The translations under genes and the position numbers were made by a program. Shown piece by piece: positions 1 to 9,924 of a stretch of 64,000 nt of DNA (positions are counted from its first letter, which is position 1; every line of letters begins with the position of its first letter). The notes beneath the pieces are model-generated. The model saw only the letters and a program-made list of their open reading frames with translations, did no database searches and was not told the origin of the DNA. The DNA comes from Candidatus Zhuqueibacterota bacterium (GTDB lineage: Bacteria; Zhuqueibacterota; Zhuqueibacteria; Thermofontimicrobiales; Thermofontimicrobiaceae), in the NCBI GenBank assembly GCA_049322915.1, contig JBMOPW010000014.1:1028224-1092223 (forward strand). Reading direction: 5' to 3'.

Positions 1-92
1 TATCGGCTGAACAACTGGAAGAGATTCGGCAACAGTTTGAGGCGGGAATGATCGATTTGGAAAAGCAGGCAGATGACTATTTTCCATCATAA
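1..92 (+). CDS. 3' end of a gene truncated by the window edge, possibly a DUF374 / lysophospholipid acyltransferase-family protein
   Basis: The frame from nt 3 reads SAEQLEEIRQQFEAGMIDLEKQADDYFPS* (TAA 90-92) and overlaps the lpxK start. The helical tail and position upstream of lpxK resemble DUF374 proteins. Confidence 0.45.
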   Translation, partial: SAEQLEEIRQQFEAGMIDLEKQADDYFPS

Positions 93-1146
93 ATTTTTCC
101 AGTATGCGTTGTATCCATTCTCTCTGGTCTATGGTCTCGTTGTGTGGCTGCGGAATCGGTGCTATGATCTGGGTCTCTTCAAAACATACCGGGTCGAACA
201 GTGCACGGTCATCAGCGTCGGAAATATTTCCGTTGGAGGAACTGGCAAAACGCCGGTGATACAATTATTAGCTTCCTTAATAAAACAGAGAAAAAAGAAA
301 GTCGCCGTGCTGAGTCGGGGCTATGGCCGGCAGAGCAAAGGCACCCGGATTGTCTCCGATGGAAATAAAATTCTGGGCAATGCCAGGGACTGCGGCGACG
401 AACCTGTCCTGTTAGCGCAGCGTCTTGAAGGCGTACCTGTTGTGGTTGAAGGCGATCGTTACAAAGGCGCGCAATTCATCGTGGAACAATTTAGTCCTGA
501 CGTCATTTTATTAGATGATGCGTTTCAGCATCGGAGATTGCATCGGGATTTTGACATTGCCCTCGTCGATGCCCGCGTTGGTTTTGGGGGTGAATTTCTT
601 TTACCGGCCGGTTTTCTGCGCGAACCTGTGAGCAGCCTCAAACGCGCCGATCTTATCTGGCTGACGCGCACAGATCAATCCGGCGAGCTAACAAGTATCA
701 TCGGGCGGATCGAGACTGTCACGAAGGTAGCGAAAATTGAAAGTGTGCATGAAGCGACTGCCCTGGTCTCGTGTTCCACCGGCGAAGCGCTGTCGCTTTC
801 ACAACTCCTGAATAAAAGAGTCCTGCTTTTCTCAGGTATTGGTCATCCTGATTCGTTTGAGCTGACCGTGGCCGGCTTCAAACCAAACCTCGTTGGACAT
901 GTACGATTCTCCGATCATCACCGGTATCGTCGCTCAGACATCGACATGATTGTGAAGATGGGGGAGACATCGGAAGCGGATTTCATTGTGACAACTGAGA
1001 AAGATTTTGTTAAAATTGTCGACTGGGTTCAGGAATATCCCATGCTTTACTTTGTTGCCATCTCAATTAAAATCACAGGCGGGACAGGGCTGGGCACTTC
1101 AACGTTGAGAGAATTATTCATTCAAACAAGCGATTCAGAAAACTAA
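73..1146 (+). CDS. lpxK: Tetraacyldisaccharide 4'-kinase (lipid A biosynthesis)
   Basis: VISVGNISVGGTGKTP, SRGYG, GDEP, LDDAFQH, LLPAGFLREP, FSDHH and TTEKD motifs. Confidence 0.96.
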   Translation: MTIFHHKFFQYALYPFSLVYGLVVWLRNRCYDLGLFKTYRVEQCTVISVGNISVGGTGKTPVIQLLASLIKQRKKKVAVLSRGYGRQSKGTRIVSDGNKILGNARDCGDEPVLLAQRLEGVPVVVEGDRYKGAQFIVEQFSPDVILLDDAFQHRRLHRDFDIALVDARVGFGGEFLLPAGFLREPVSSLKRADLIWLTRTDQSGELTSIIGRIETVTKVAKIESVHEATALVSCSTGEALSLSQLLNKRVLLFSGIGHPDSFELTVAGFKPNLVGHVRFSDHHRYRRSDIDMIVKMGETSEADFIVTTEKDFVKIVDWVQEYPMLYFVAISIKITGGTGLGTSTLRELFIQTSDSEN

Positions 1147-1181
1147 AGGCTGTATAAATTTTCTATCTGTTGAAAAAGTGC

Positions 1182-1210
1182 TTGTAAATTTAAATTAAAT
1201 TTTTTATTAT
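1182..1210 (+). promoter_or_regulatory. Putative sigma70-type promoter for the NtrC-family gene
   Basis: TTGTAA-17 nt-TATTAT upstream of an AGGAG RBS and the GTG start at 1250. Confidence 0.5.
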
Positions 1211-1249
1211 ACAACTGACAGAATATAGGGCAAGCGACAGGAGAATAAC

Positions 1250-2632
1250 GTGACAAATTCGGGACGGATTTATAATATATTAGTCGTCGATGATGATAAA
1301 AATATCGGGAAGCTCATCAAGAGTATTCTGCTCCTCGAGAAAAATTATGAAGTCGTCAATGTCATCAACGGCGAAGCGTGTTTGAAGTTCATTCAGGAGC
1401 AATTGCCAGACCTGGTCATCATGGATATTCAGATGCCAGGCATCGATGGGATCGAAGCGCTGAAGAAGATAAAGGAGTTCGATTCCCGCATTCCCGTCGT
1501 GATGATGTCCGCCCACGGCAGCATCGAAAAAGCGGTGAAGTCAATGAAGCTTGGCGCTTACGATTTTATCACCAAGCCCCTGGACCAGGATCGGCTACTG
1601 ATCACCGTGAAAAATGCGTTGATGACCAGTTCCCTCAAACAGGAAGTGGACGAATTAAAAAGTGAACTGAAACAGAAATATACCTTCAGCAATATTGTCG
1701 GGCAAAGCGGCGTCATGCAGGAGGTGTTCAAATCAGTTGAAAAAGTTGTGAACAGCAACGTGACCGTTTTGATACAGGGAGAAAGCGGGACTGGAAAAGA
1801 GCTCATTGCACGGGCAATTCATTATCATAGTAAAATCAGGGCGAGTAAAGCGTTCGTGGCTGTGAACTGCACTGCATTGCCTGAATCGCTGCTGGAAAGC
1901 GAGTTGTTCGGTCATGAGAAAGGCTCGTTCACTGGCGCTTCAGGTCGACGCATCGGGCGATTTGAACAGGCGAATAATGGGACGATTTTCCTCGATGAAG
2001 TGGGATTGATGACGCCCACCACGCAGGCAAAAGTGCTGCGGGTTTTGCAGGAGCGCGAATTTGAGCGCGTCGGTGGCGCTGAACTGATCAAAGTTGACGT
2101 CCGGGTCATTTCAGCCACCAACCGCGATCTCGAAGATGCCATGAAAAAGAGTGAGTTTCGCGAAGATTTGTATTATCGAATCTCAGTGTTCCCCATCAGA
2201 CTACCGTCATTACGGGAGCGAAAAGAGGACATACCGCTTCTGGCTGCCCATTTCCTGAAAAAATATAGCGACCAGGAGAATAAACAGATAGAGGGGATTT
2301 CGCCTGACGCTTTGGAATTGTTGATGGCATACAACTGGCCTGGCAATGTCAGGGAATTGGAAAATGCGATCGAACGCGCAGTCGTCCTGTCAAATGACGA
2401 TGAAATAACAGCTAAGGAATTGCCATCGGCGGTGCGTTCACTTGGCGAGAAAAAATTATATGAAGCAGATAATACACTTTCAAGTTGGATAGAGAAATTG
2501 GAGGAAGAAGCGCTGCGCCAGGCTTTATTGGAGAACGAGGGAAATATTTCCAAGACGGCCAAAAAGCTTGGAATTGGTCGCGCGACAATCTATCGCAAGG
2601 CGAAGAAGTATGGCCTGCCGATGGTGAAGTAA
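1250..2632 (+). CDS. Sigma54-dependent response regulator (NtrC/AtoC family: REC, AAA+, Fis HTH)
   Basis: REC (VVDDD, DIQMP, KP), GESGTGKE, ESELFGHEKGSFTGA, FLDE, WPGNVREL, C-terminal AKKLGIGRATIYRK. Confidence 0.95.
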   Translation: MTNSGRIYNILVVDDDKNIGKLIKSILLLEKNYEVVNVINGEACLKFIQEQLPDLVIMDIQMPGIDGIEALKKIKEFDSRIPVVMMSAHGSIEKAVKSMKLGAYDFITKPLDQDRLLITVKNALMTSSLKQEVDELKSELKQKYTFSNIVGQSGVMQEVFKSVEKVVNSNVTVLIQGESGTGKELIARAIHYHSKIRASKAFVAVNCTALPESLLESELFGHEKGSFTGASGRRIGRFEQANNGTIFLDEVGLMTPTTQAKVLRVLQEREFERVGGAELIKVDVRVISATNRDLEDAMKKSEFREDLYYRISVFPIRLPSLRERKEDIPLLAAHFLKKYSDQENKQIEGISPDALELLMAYNWPGNVRELENAIERAVVLSNDDEITAKELPSAVRSLGEKKLYEADNTLSSWIEKLEEEALRQALLENEGNISKTAKKLGIGRATIYRKAKKYGLPMVK

Positions 2633-3004
2633 TCGAACTTAGAAAAGACTGATAGCACATGCGTCAGTCTTTTTTATTTACAGCTATTCGACTACCCGTT
2701 GAAAGGTAGCTTCCTGCTTCCCGGGGAGGCTGAAAAGTGTTACGCCTCCGGGCAGGACGAATATCTCGTTCCTGTCTGCTGCATCATTATCTTCAAATTG
2801 TTTCCTCTTCATTTATTGAATAACTCCCACATACAACACCATATCTTTCTCAAAAAGAGAATTCCCTTTTTTTGCAAGCAGTTGGAAATCCGATTTTTCC
2901 ACATTGTGAGATAACATCATTATCGAACAAGGGATTAGCACGTTTGAAAAATCGCATTTTTTCCACAGTGGTTTCTTTGATGTCTCATTATGAAAACCCT
3001 TCAT

Positions 3005-3058
3005 TGTGCTATATTGAAACATTTGTTTCAGTACTATACATCGTCTCAATGTATAACA
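3005..3058 (+). promoter_or_regulatory. Three tandem (T/C)GT-N11-ACA dyads, candidate enhancer-binding-protein sites
   Basis: TGTGCTATATTGAAACA (3005-3021), TGTTTCAGTACTATACA (3024-3040) and CGTCTCAATGTATAACA (3042-3058), about 80-130 nt upstream of a -24/-12 promoter. Confidence 0.55.
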
Positions 3059-3134
3059 GAATAATCAAAAGACATAACCATAATAGAATCAATATTAATA
3101 AACTGATAGGAAAAACTAAAATTCAAAATATTAA

Positions 3135-3150
3135 TGGTATAAAAGTTGCA
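3135..3150 (+). promoter_or_regulatory. Sigma54 (-24/-12) promoter
   Basis: TGGTATAAAAGTTGCA has GG-N10-GC spacing and lies about 55 nt upstream of the ATG at 3204. Confidence 0.65.
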
Positions 3151-3203
3151 ATTAATGAGAAATATCAATTTTATAGCATATTAACCCAAAATTTGAAAAG
3201 TGA

Positions 3204-4328
3204 ATGGAATCAGGAAAAATAGTCCCATTAGTGCGCAAGATTTGTGCCTGTAGATATTCTCCCAGTGATCTCACAGATTTTGTAAACATTTCCCAGAAGA
3301 TAGCCATCAGCTATTTGAAATATTTGGAGGTCATTGGTCGGAATATCCGGCCCAAAAAATCAGAGGGGGTAAATGAATTAGAAGATGTTGCAATTGATTG
3401 CATTGCCGGATTATTCATGCGAAATGAAAACGGTGAATTCATTCAATTGCAACGTTATTTTGAACCACAGATAAGGCAGTCGTCCGAATTCAGTGAAATT
3501 GAAGCTGCCAGCATGCTTCGCAGATTGATTGTCAAAAAGACAAAGCAAGAGTTGTCCCGAATTTTCAGAGAACGCGATCCTGAAGGTGCGAAAATAATCC
3601 GAAACATTAAAGTCGCCATCCGAAGCTCGAATGAATTGACGTCTTTCAGGGAGATGGGGCGTGAATTTGTTTATCTCGAATCGGTGTCCGACGATGATAC
3701 GGTAGCCGAAGAGAATCTCTTTTTGAACGTAGCAAATTCAGCGGACGTCGATGTGATGCCACGGACTTCTCTCAAATCGGAGCGATTGAAAAATCCGATT
3801 CCTGAAAAAGTGCTGTTTCAAAGTTTTCTTCATAAGTACAATCCGTCCGATTCTGTGGCAACGATGATGAAGAAAATGTTGACCATTGTCGGTGACCACC
3901 CTGATTATCAGAGGTACCTGGCGATTGATGTTATTGCTTCCATCATTCGCGACGTCACTTTCCAGCACGTCCGCGAGAAGCTTTCGAACACAGTGGATAA
4001 CCATTCACCGATGAGCGATTTGCAGACGAAAGAAATCGACCAGGTCAACGTGGCAATTATTGAACTGATTCAGAAGAAGATCAATCAGCAATACCTGGTC
4101 AAGAAAAAGGTATCGCCGGAAAAGGCGAATATTTATGGCCGGGCGATCGTCGATTTTGTCCATGAAATGACCCAGGGAAAAGAGACTGATTCCAATTTCA
4201 AATATTTGAAACGTTACATTCCCACCTTGACTCAGCAGCAATACCGGGAAAATGAACGGTCCATATTTGAGTACCTGGTTAAAATTACCAAAAAATCACT
4301 AAGAAAAAAACTAAAAGAGCTATTATAA
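3204..4328 (+). CDS. Hypothetical protein, possibly a highly divergent ECF-type sigma factor
   Basis: Soluble helical 374-aa ORF. ELEDVAIDCIAGLF resembles the ECF region-2 'EDxxQDxFxxL' pattern, and a ZAS-motif protein follows. Confidence 0.5.
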   Translation: MESGKIVPLVRKICACRYSPSDLTDFVNISQKIAISYLKYLEVIGRNIRPKKSEGVNELEDVAIDCIAGLFMRNENGEFIQLQRYFEPQIRQSSEFSEIEAASMLRRLIVKKTKQELSRIFRERDPEGAKIIRNIKVAIRSSNELTSFREMGREFVYLESVSDDDTVAEENLFLNVANSADVDVMPRTSLKSERLKNPIPEKVLFQSFLHKYNPSDSVATMMKKMLTIVGDHPDYQRYLAIDVIASIIRDVTFQHVREKLSNTVDNHSPMSDLQTKEIDQVNVAIIELIQKKINQQYLVKKKVSPEKANIYGRAIVDFVHEMTQGKETDSNFKYLKRYIPTLTQQQYRENERSIFEYLVKITKKSLRKKLKELL

Positions 4329-4530
4329 TTTTCCGTAAAAAAGGAGACTTGTTTGTATATACTATGTAAACTTAAATAGAATATAACGCCACAAGGCAAC
4401 AGAACGGGACTTAACTATTTTGAGCTTTTGGGGATCAACAACAAAATCGTAATTCGATAGAATATTCAACCAAGTAGAAATAGCGTGAGTCCTTTTTTGT
4501 TTTAGGACATTTCGATGATTCATTCAAATC

Positions 4531-5127
4531 ATGAGAAATAGAGAGAAAAACGATTGCCCTGATCTGCTTCTCATCGAAGCCTATGCTTCGAAGCAGAAGC
4601 TATCTAATGAAGATCAATCCCTTCTGTTGAAACATCTTGAGCTTTGTAATCGGTGCAGTGATATAGCGACAGAGCTCCAGCGGTACTATGAAATCTTCAA
4701 TGACGAAATAAGAAAACCTGCCCATAATTCCTTGTTCAAGTTAGTCGATAAAATCGAGCAGGGACGTGTCATCGTAGCGGGCGTCTTACTGCATCCTGAA
4801 GAGCCGCTGAACTCTCATGTCACGCTTGGATACCATTCCGAGATTGTGCTGACAAACGAAAATCTTCAACCCGTTGATCTTGATGATCTGGACTGCATCC
4901 CCGTCGATGAAGATGATATTCTCATTCGAGCGATCCAATCTATCTCAACGTTGGAAACTACGTTGTATTTGTACTCGCACAAAGAAAAACTGTATCACAA
5001 TGTGACGCTTGAAATGGAGTCGGGTCAGAAAGTATATTCGAGCGATCAAGTAGGAAAAATCGAAGTTGGCAGTTTCGATTTGAATAGCCTGGACAACCAG
5101 TACATTTTAGTGACTCCGAAGCGATAA
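4531..5127 (+). CDS. Zinc-finger (zf-HC2/ZAS) anti-sigma-like protein
   Basis: N-terminal CPD...HLELCNRC (HxxxCxxC); acidic soluble C-terminal domain with no obvious TM helix. Confidence 0.65.
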   Translation: MRNREKNDCPDLLLIEAYASKQKLSNEDQSLLLKHLELCNRCSDIATELQRYYEIFNDEIRKPAHNSLFKLVDKIEQGRVIVAGVLLHPEEPLNSHVTLGYHSEIVLTNENLQPVDLDDLDCIPVDEDDILIRAIQSISTLETTLYLYSHKEKLYHNVTLEMESGQKVYSSDQVGKIEVGSFDLNSLDNQYILVTPKR

Positions 5128-5269
5128 TCGATGTTGCACCGTTCCCCTGTGAGTGATTTTAAATTTCAGAAAATTTACCGATTCCTTCTGTTTGCTTCCC
5201 CATCAGAGATGTGTTATCTCAATTCCAAAATTAATAGCTGTTTTATCCTGATTTATTTTACAATTTTCC

Positions 5270-6340
5270 GTGTATATGAAAAAACCTGGTTACACTGAAA
5301 TATTCTTTTTCATTGCGATGATCATTGGCATCAAGGCTCATTCCTGTCTGACTGCTGAAGTCATTTATTTTATCCATCAGCCTCAAATGGCACTTGAGCA
5401 GCGCATTCAATCTGCATTGCATCTGGCGATGAAAAAATTCGATGGCAGAGAAATCTGGTTGGCGTACTCGCTTGATTCAAACGCCGTGCAGAGCCTTGAT
5501 GCGCAGACTTCGCATCAGGAAAGGATGGAGCAGCAACCACTGACGCAGCTTCTGATGCAGGATGCTGCCGGTCTACCAGCCCTTCTCGTGTTAGATTATT
5601 CGCTGGAATCTGGCTATCCGTATTTGCACCATGCCTATATCTTTCCGGAAAATGACCGGGGCACGGAGGAAATCCGGCCAACGATCTGGTTGGGCGTGCG
5701 CAGCGCCAAACAAAGCCTGGATTGGCTGCAGAAACAATTTTATATATCAAAAAGCCCGACTCTCAGCAAACAGTTGGTGCATTGCATCGGTATGCACGGT
5801 TGTGAAGAAGCTGTTATCGAATTCAATCGGGCGGTTCTCTTCTCCCAATTTTCAGAGCCGATAAAATCTGAAGCGCTCGCCGGACTGAGCCTTCAGGAGG
5901 CGCCTGCAAGCATCCGAACCATCGTCTCGGTTTTCTCGATGAACAATGCGCCGAATCTCAAAAAGCGGGCTATCGCCGAACTGAGTCAAATGCAGGATGA
6001 ACGGGCGCATCGGTATATTTTTTCCATTGCGTCGAGCGGGAAAGATGTGCGCTTGCGGAAAGAGGCAATTTTCTGGCTGGCTCAAATTGGATCGGACCAG
6101 GCAATTCAGGTACTACTGCAAATTTTCAGTTCTGAACTAGATCCGGCGATGAAAGAGTACACGATCTTTTCGATCGGACAATTGCCCCAGGGACGGGGTC
6201 ATGAAATTTTATGCCAAATAGCTGAAACCAATTCCGATGAACGAATGCGGGAAAAGGCCAGATTCTGGATGGGCCAGTCCAGCGCTCAGCGGTTCAACGT
6301 TCTGTTGAAAGAAATGTCCGATGAGCAATCTGTAAAATAG
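5270..6340 (+). CDS. HEAT-repeat protein with N-terminal signal/anchor
   Basis: Hydrophobic N-terminus; repeated helical units LKKRAIAELSQ, LRKEAIFWLAQ, MKEYTIFSIGQ, MREKARFWMGQ. Confidence 0.75.
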   Translation: MYMKKPGYTEIFFFIAMIIGIKAHSCLTAEVIYFIHQPQMALEQRIQSALHLAMKKFDGREIWLAYSLDSNAVQSLDAQTSHQERMEQQPLTQLLMQDAAGLPALLVLDYSLESGYPYLHHAYIFPENDRGTEEIRPTIWLGVRSAKQSLDWLQKQFYISKSPTLSKQLVHCIGMHGCEEAVIEFNRAVLFSQFSEPIKSEALAGLSLQEAPASIRTIVSVFSMNNAPNLKKRAIAELSQMQDERAHRYIFSIASSGKDVRLRKEAIFWLAQIGSDQAIQVLLQIFSSELDPAMKEYTIFSIGQLPQGRGHEILCQIAETNSDERMREKARFWMGQSSAQRFNVLLKEMSDEQSVK

Positions 6341-6389
6341 ACAGAAGACGTTGGGGGGTAAAAACTAACCGGCGATGATGCTGTAACAG

Positions 6390-6416
6390 AAAGGGCGAAT
6401 ATTCAATTCGCCCTTT
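6390..6416. terminator. Hairpin between convergent genes (bidirectional terminator)
   Basis: AAAGGGCGAAT-attca-ATTCGCCCTTT inverted repeat. Confidence 0.7.
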
Positions 6417-6420
6417 ATCG

Positions 6421-6543
6421 TTACGACTTCTCTGACTTTTTTTTCGTCTCGTCTGACTTCTTCATTGCGTCAGCGACTTGCTGTTTTTTGTATTTTAATT
6501 GGTCTTGATTCTTAAGAATTTTTTTTGCCACACGCTTTTTCAT
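6421..6543 (-). CDS. Small basic protein (40 aa) absent from the ORF track
   Basis: GGAGG RBS 5 nt before ATG; MKKRVAKKILKNQDQLKYKKQQVADAMKKSDETKKKSEKS*; fills the gap between the phosphomannomutase gene and the terminator. Confidence 0.65.
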   Translation of the reverse strand: MKKRVAKKILKNQDQLKYKKQQVADAMKKSDETKKKSEKS

Positions 6544-6560
6544 GATTGCCTCCGGTTTAT

Positions 6561-7934
6561 TTAAAAATCAGAATCGTTAAATTTCACATCCGGGTATTGT
6601 CGCATTTTATGTTTAAAGATGGATATGATTTCCTTCAAACGCGTCTCGGTCTTGGCTTCGAATCGAAGCACCAGAACGGGTTGCGTATTTGAAGCGCGAA
6701 CCAGTCCCCAGCCATCGCCGAACAGGACGCGAGCGCCGTCGATATCAATGGTCTCGTAGTCCTTTTTGAAACTTTTAGCGATGTCGGCTACGACATCGAA
6801 CTTTGTATCGTCGGAACAATCGACGCGGATTTCCGGCGTGCTGATGAAATAAGGGATATCATCGATCAGTTCCGATAGTTTCTTTTTTGAACCGGCGACG
6901 ATTTGTAACAGCCGGCCTGATGCATAGATGGCATCGTCAAAGCCAAAATAATCATCGCCGAAAAAGATATGCCCGGACATTTCGCCGGCGAACGGCGAAT
7001 TCACTTCCTTCATCTTGGCCTTTAACAACGAATGGCCTGTCTTCCACATCAATGGTTTACCGCCGAATTTTTGAATATATTCCGGCAGCGCCTGGGAGCA
7101 TTTCACATCAAAGACGATGCTGGCGCCCGGTTTCCTCTGCAGCACATCGCTGCTGAACAGGGCGATGAGCCGGTCAGCGTAAATTTGCCGGCCAGTTTCA
7201 TCGATGGCGCCGATGCGATCACTGTCACCATCGTAACCAATCCCAATATCCGCATGCGTTTCCAATACTTTTTTCTGCAGATCCACGACATATTTGGGAA
7301 CGGTCGGATCTGGCAGATGATTGGGGAATCTCCCATCCGGCTCGCAATAAAGTTCTATCACTTCACACCCCAGCGATTCCCAGAGCTGAGGGGCTATGGT
7401 GCCCGCAGTCCCGTTGCCAGCGTCGATGACCACTTTCAATTTTCGATTGAGCTTGATTTTTGATTTAATCGTTTCCACATACGTGGGAATCATGTCCTGG
7501 GATTGGGTTTTCCCGTTGCCTGTTTCAAAATTGGAGTCGCCAATAATCTTTCTCAGATTTTGAATGCCGCTGCCATAGATGGATGCAATACCTTCGCACA
7601 ATTTCAACCCATTGAATTCGATGGGATTATGGCTGCCTGTCACCATCACGCCGCCATCAACGTTGAGGTGGACAATGGCAAAGTAAAGCACGGGTGTCGG
7701 TATCTGGCCGAGGATGATCACGTCGCCGCCTGTTGCCGTTATTCCCCTGACGAGCGCATTCTGAATTCTCTCCGATGATAATCTCACATCGCGACCTACC
7801 ACAAATTTTTTCCAGCCATTTCGCCGCATGTAGGAACCATAGGCCTTCCCAATGAGTTCGATTGCCTCATCGGTCAAATCATGCTCGGCTATTCCTCGAA
7901 TGTCGTATTCCCTGAAGATGTTTGGATTGATCAC
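6561..7934 (-). CDS. Phosphomannomutase/phosphoglucomutase (AlgC-like)
   Basis: IFREYDIRG, TGSHNP phosphoserine loop, DGDSDR metal loop, GEMSGH, RASNTQP. Confidence 0.93.
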   Translation of the reverse strand: MINPNIFREYDIRGIAEHDLTDEAIELIGKAYGSYMRRNGWKKFVVGRDVRLSSERIQNALVRGITATGGDVIILGQIPTPVLYFAIVHLNVDGGVMVTGSHNPIEFNGLKLCEGIASIYGSGIQNLRKIIGDSNFETGNGKTQSQDMIPTYVETIKSKIKLNRKLKVVIDAGNGTAGTIAPQLWESLGCEVIELYCEPDGRFPNHLPDPTVPKYVVDLQKKVLETHADIGIGYDGDSDRIGAIDETGRQIYADRLIALFSSDVLQRKPGASIVFDVKCSQALPEYIQKFGGKPLMWKTGHSLLKAKMKEVNSPFAGEMSGHIFFGDDYFGFDDAIYASGRLLQIVAGSKKKLSELIDDIPYFISTPEIRVDCSDDTKFDVVADIAKSFKKDYETIDIDGARVLFGDGWGLVRASNTQPVLVLRFEAKTETRLKEIISIFKHKMRQYPDVKFNDSDF

Positions 7935-7951
7935 GCCAGCCTCCTATACAA

Positions 7952-8839
7952 TTAGTTACAGCTTAATTTTGCTAATATGACACGGGGTAATTTATTCAAA
8001 TCATAAATGACTTCGATGGAGTGAAAATGGGCGGCGCCGGCGAAGATATGCTGCACCGCCTCTTTCTGCGTTGCGCCAATTTCAACGGCAACAAAGCCGG
8101 GCTTTTTGAGCAATGTCCGGGCAAGTTCAGCAATTCGATGGTAGAATAGAGTCCCGTCTGTCCCGCCTTTGAGGGCAACCGCTGGTTCGTAATTTCGCAC
8201 CTCGATGGGCAGATCATGAAATTCGTGATCAGTGATGTAGGGCGGATTTGAAACGATCGCATCGAACGCCCGCTCCGTTGCAAACAGCGGTTGAAATATA
8301 TCCCCTTCGAAGAATTCGATTTTATGGTGAACCTGATGGAATTCCGCATTGAGTCTGGCGACTGCCAGCGATTCCGCTCCGATGTCCAGCGCTGTGATGT
8401 TTGAATTTTCAAGATGCTTCGCTAAGGCAATGGCAATATTGCCGCTGCCGGTGCCAATGTCCAGCACCTGAATTGATTTATCCGGCGAATCATTGGCCTT
8501 CAGTTCGTTTAGCACGGTTTCCACGAGCAGTTCTGTTTCAGGGCGTGGAATGAGAGTGCTTTTATTCACGCTCAGTTTCAGCGAAAAGAACTCTGTTTCA
8601 CCGGTCAGGTACTGAATCGGCTCGTGTTGGGCGCGGCGCTTCAATGCATCCCGCAGCGCTGCCAGTTCAATGGGAGAGAGCTGTTTTTCGAAATTGAGAT
8701 AGAGCTGGACGCGATTCATTTTTAGCACATGCGCGGCAATGAGTTCAGCATTGAGTCGAGCATTTTCGAACCCGCGCGATTTGAGAAAGTCCGTTGACAT
8801 GGTGATAATATCGATCACTCGATAAATTTTATCTTCCAT
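7952..8839 (-). CDS. prmC: Release factor glutamine methyltransferase
   Basis: LIPRPETE, DIGTGSG and SNPPY motifs; directly downstream of prfA. Confidence 0.96.
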   Translation of the reverse strand: MEDKIYRVIDIITMSTDFLKSRGFENARLNAELIAAHVLKMNRVQLYLNFEKQLSPIELAALRDALKRRAQHEPIQYLTGETEFFSLKLSVNKSTLIPRPETELLVETVLNELKANDSPDKSIQVLDIGTGSGNIAIALAKHLENSNITALDIGAESLAVARLNAEFHQVHHKIEFFEGDIFQPLFATERAFDAIVSNPPYITDHEFHDLPIEVRNYEPAVALKGGTDGTLFYHRIAELARTLLKKPGFVAVEIGATQKEAVQHIFAGAAHFHSIEVIYDLNKLPRVILAKLSCN

Positions 8840-8842
8840 GCG

Positions 8843-9907
8843 CTACCCGGCTTGAAGTCGTTCGGTTCGATCTGCGATCTGCAATTGCTCGATCATTTCG
8901 TACAAATCGCCCTCGAGAATTCTATCCAATTTATAGAGCGTCAAATTAATACGGTGATCCGTCACGCGGTTCTGCGGGAAATTGAATGTACGGATTTTTG
9001 CGCTGCGATCGCCGGTGCTCACCATGGATCGACGGGATGCATCCAGCTTGGCGCGCTCCTCTTCCAGTTTCTGCTCGTACAGCCGTGCGCGCAATACCTT
9101 CAACGCCTTTGCTTTATTCTTGTGCTGCGATTTCTCATCCTGACAGGTCACCACCATGCCGGAGGGGATATGCGTGACTCTCACCGCCGAGTCTGTGGTA
9201 TTCACACTCTGTCCGCCTGGTCCGGAGGAACGGTACACGTCGATTTTTAAATCGCCGGGATCAATGTGTATGTCCACTTCTTCAGCCTCCGGCAGCACGG
9301 CGACAGATGCCGCTGAAGTATGAATTCTCCCACTCGCTTCCGTGGCCGGCACCCGCTGCACCCGATGCACACCGCCTTCAAATTTCATTTTACCGTAGGC
9401 ATCGTCGCCGTTCACTGAAAACGATATTTCCTTGAATCCGCCAATTTCCTGGGGATGCGACGAGAGTATTTCAATTTTCCATTGTTGCTGCTCCGCGTAC
9501 TTCATGTACATTCGGAACAAATCCCCTGCGAACAGGCAGGCCTCGTTTCCTCCTGTGCCGGCGCGAATTTCGACGATGGCATTTTTCCTGTCCTCAGGAT
9601 CCGTGGGCGTGAGCAAAAGTTTCAGTTCGTGTTCCACGGTCCCGAACTGACCGTTCAATTCCTTAATTTCATCTTCAGCCAGTTGAATCAAATCCCGATC
9701 ATGCTCATTTGCGATGATGTCTTTGGCCTCGGCGATGCGGTTCGTGATGGAGATGTACTCGTTGGACTTTTTCACAATCTCAGCCAATTCCCGCTGTTCT
9801 TTAGCCAGCGTCCGAAATCGATTTTGATCCTTGAAAATCTCAGGATCGCTCAAAGACGCTTCAAGTTCATTATTGCGCTGAATGATTTTATTTATCTTGT
9901 CTATCAT
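8843..9907 (-). CDS. prfA: Peptide chain release factor 1
   Basis: EIRAGTGG, VPATEASGRIHTS (PxT motif) and GPGGQ. Start placed at ATG 9907 because a GGAG lies upstream; the ORF track starts at 9919. Confidence 0.97.
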   Translation of the reverse strand: MIDKINKIIQRNNELEASLSDPEIFKDQNRFRTLAKEQRELAEIVKKSNEYISITNRIAEAKDIIANEHDRDLIQLAEDEIKELNGQFGTVEHELKLLLTPTDPEDRKNAIVEIRAGTGGNEACLFAGDLFRMYMKYAEQQQWKIEILSSHPQEIGGFKEISFSVNGDDAYGKMKFEGGVHRVQRVPATEASGRIHTSAASVAVLPEAEEVDIHIDPGDLKIDVYRSSGPGGQSVNTTDSAVRVTHIPSGMVVTCQDEKSQHKNKAKALKVLRARLYEQKLEEERAKLDASRRSMVSTGDRSAKIRTFNFPQNRVTDHRINLTLYKLDRILEGDLYEMIEQLQIADRTERLQAG

Positions 9908-9924
9908 GGACTTTACCACTCCAA

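Noticed and set aside
2710..2756. GC-rich hairpin after the first NtrC gene as a structured RNA
   Set aside because: A single stem without further features; most simply a terminator-like or repeat hairpin.
2699..3222. Short ORFs in the AT-rich gap
   Set aside because: They overlap the sigma54 promoter and dyad sites, and have no RBS or protein-like motifs.
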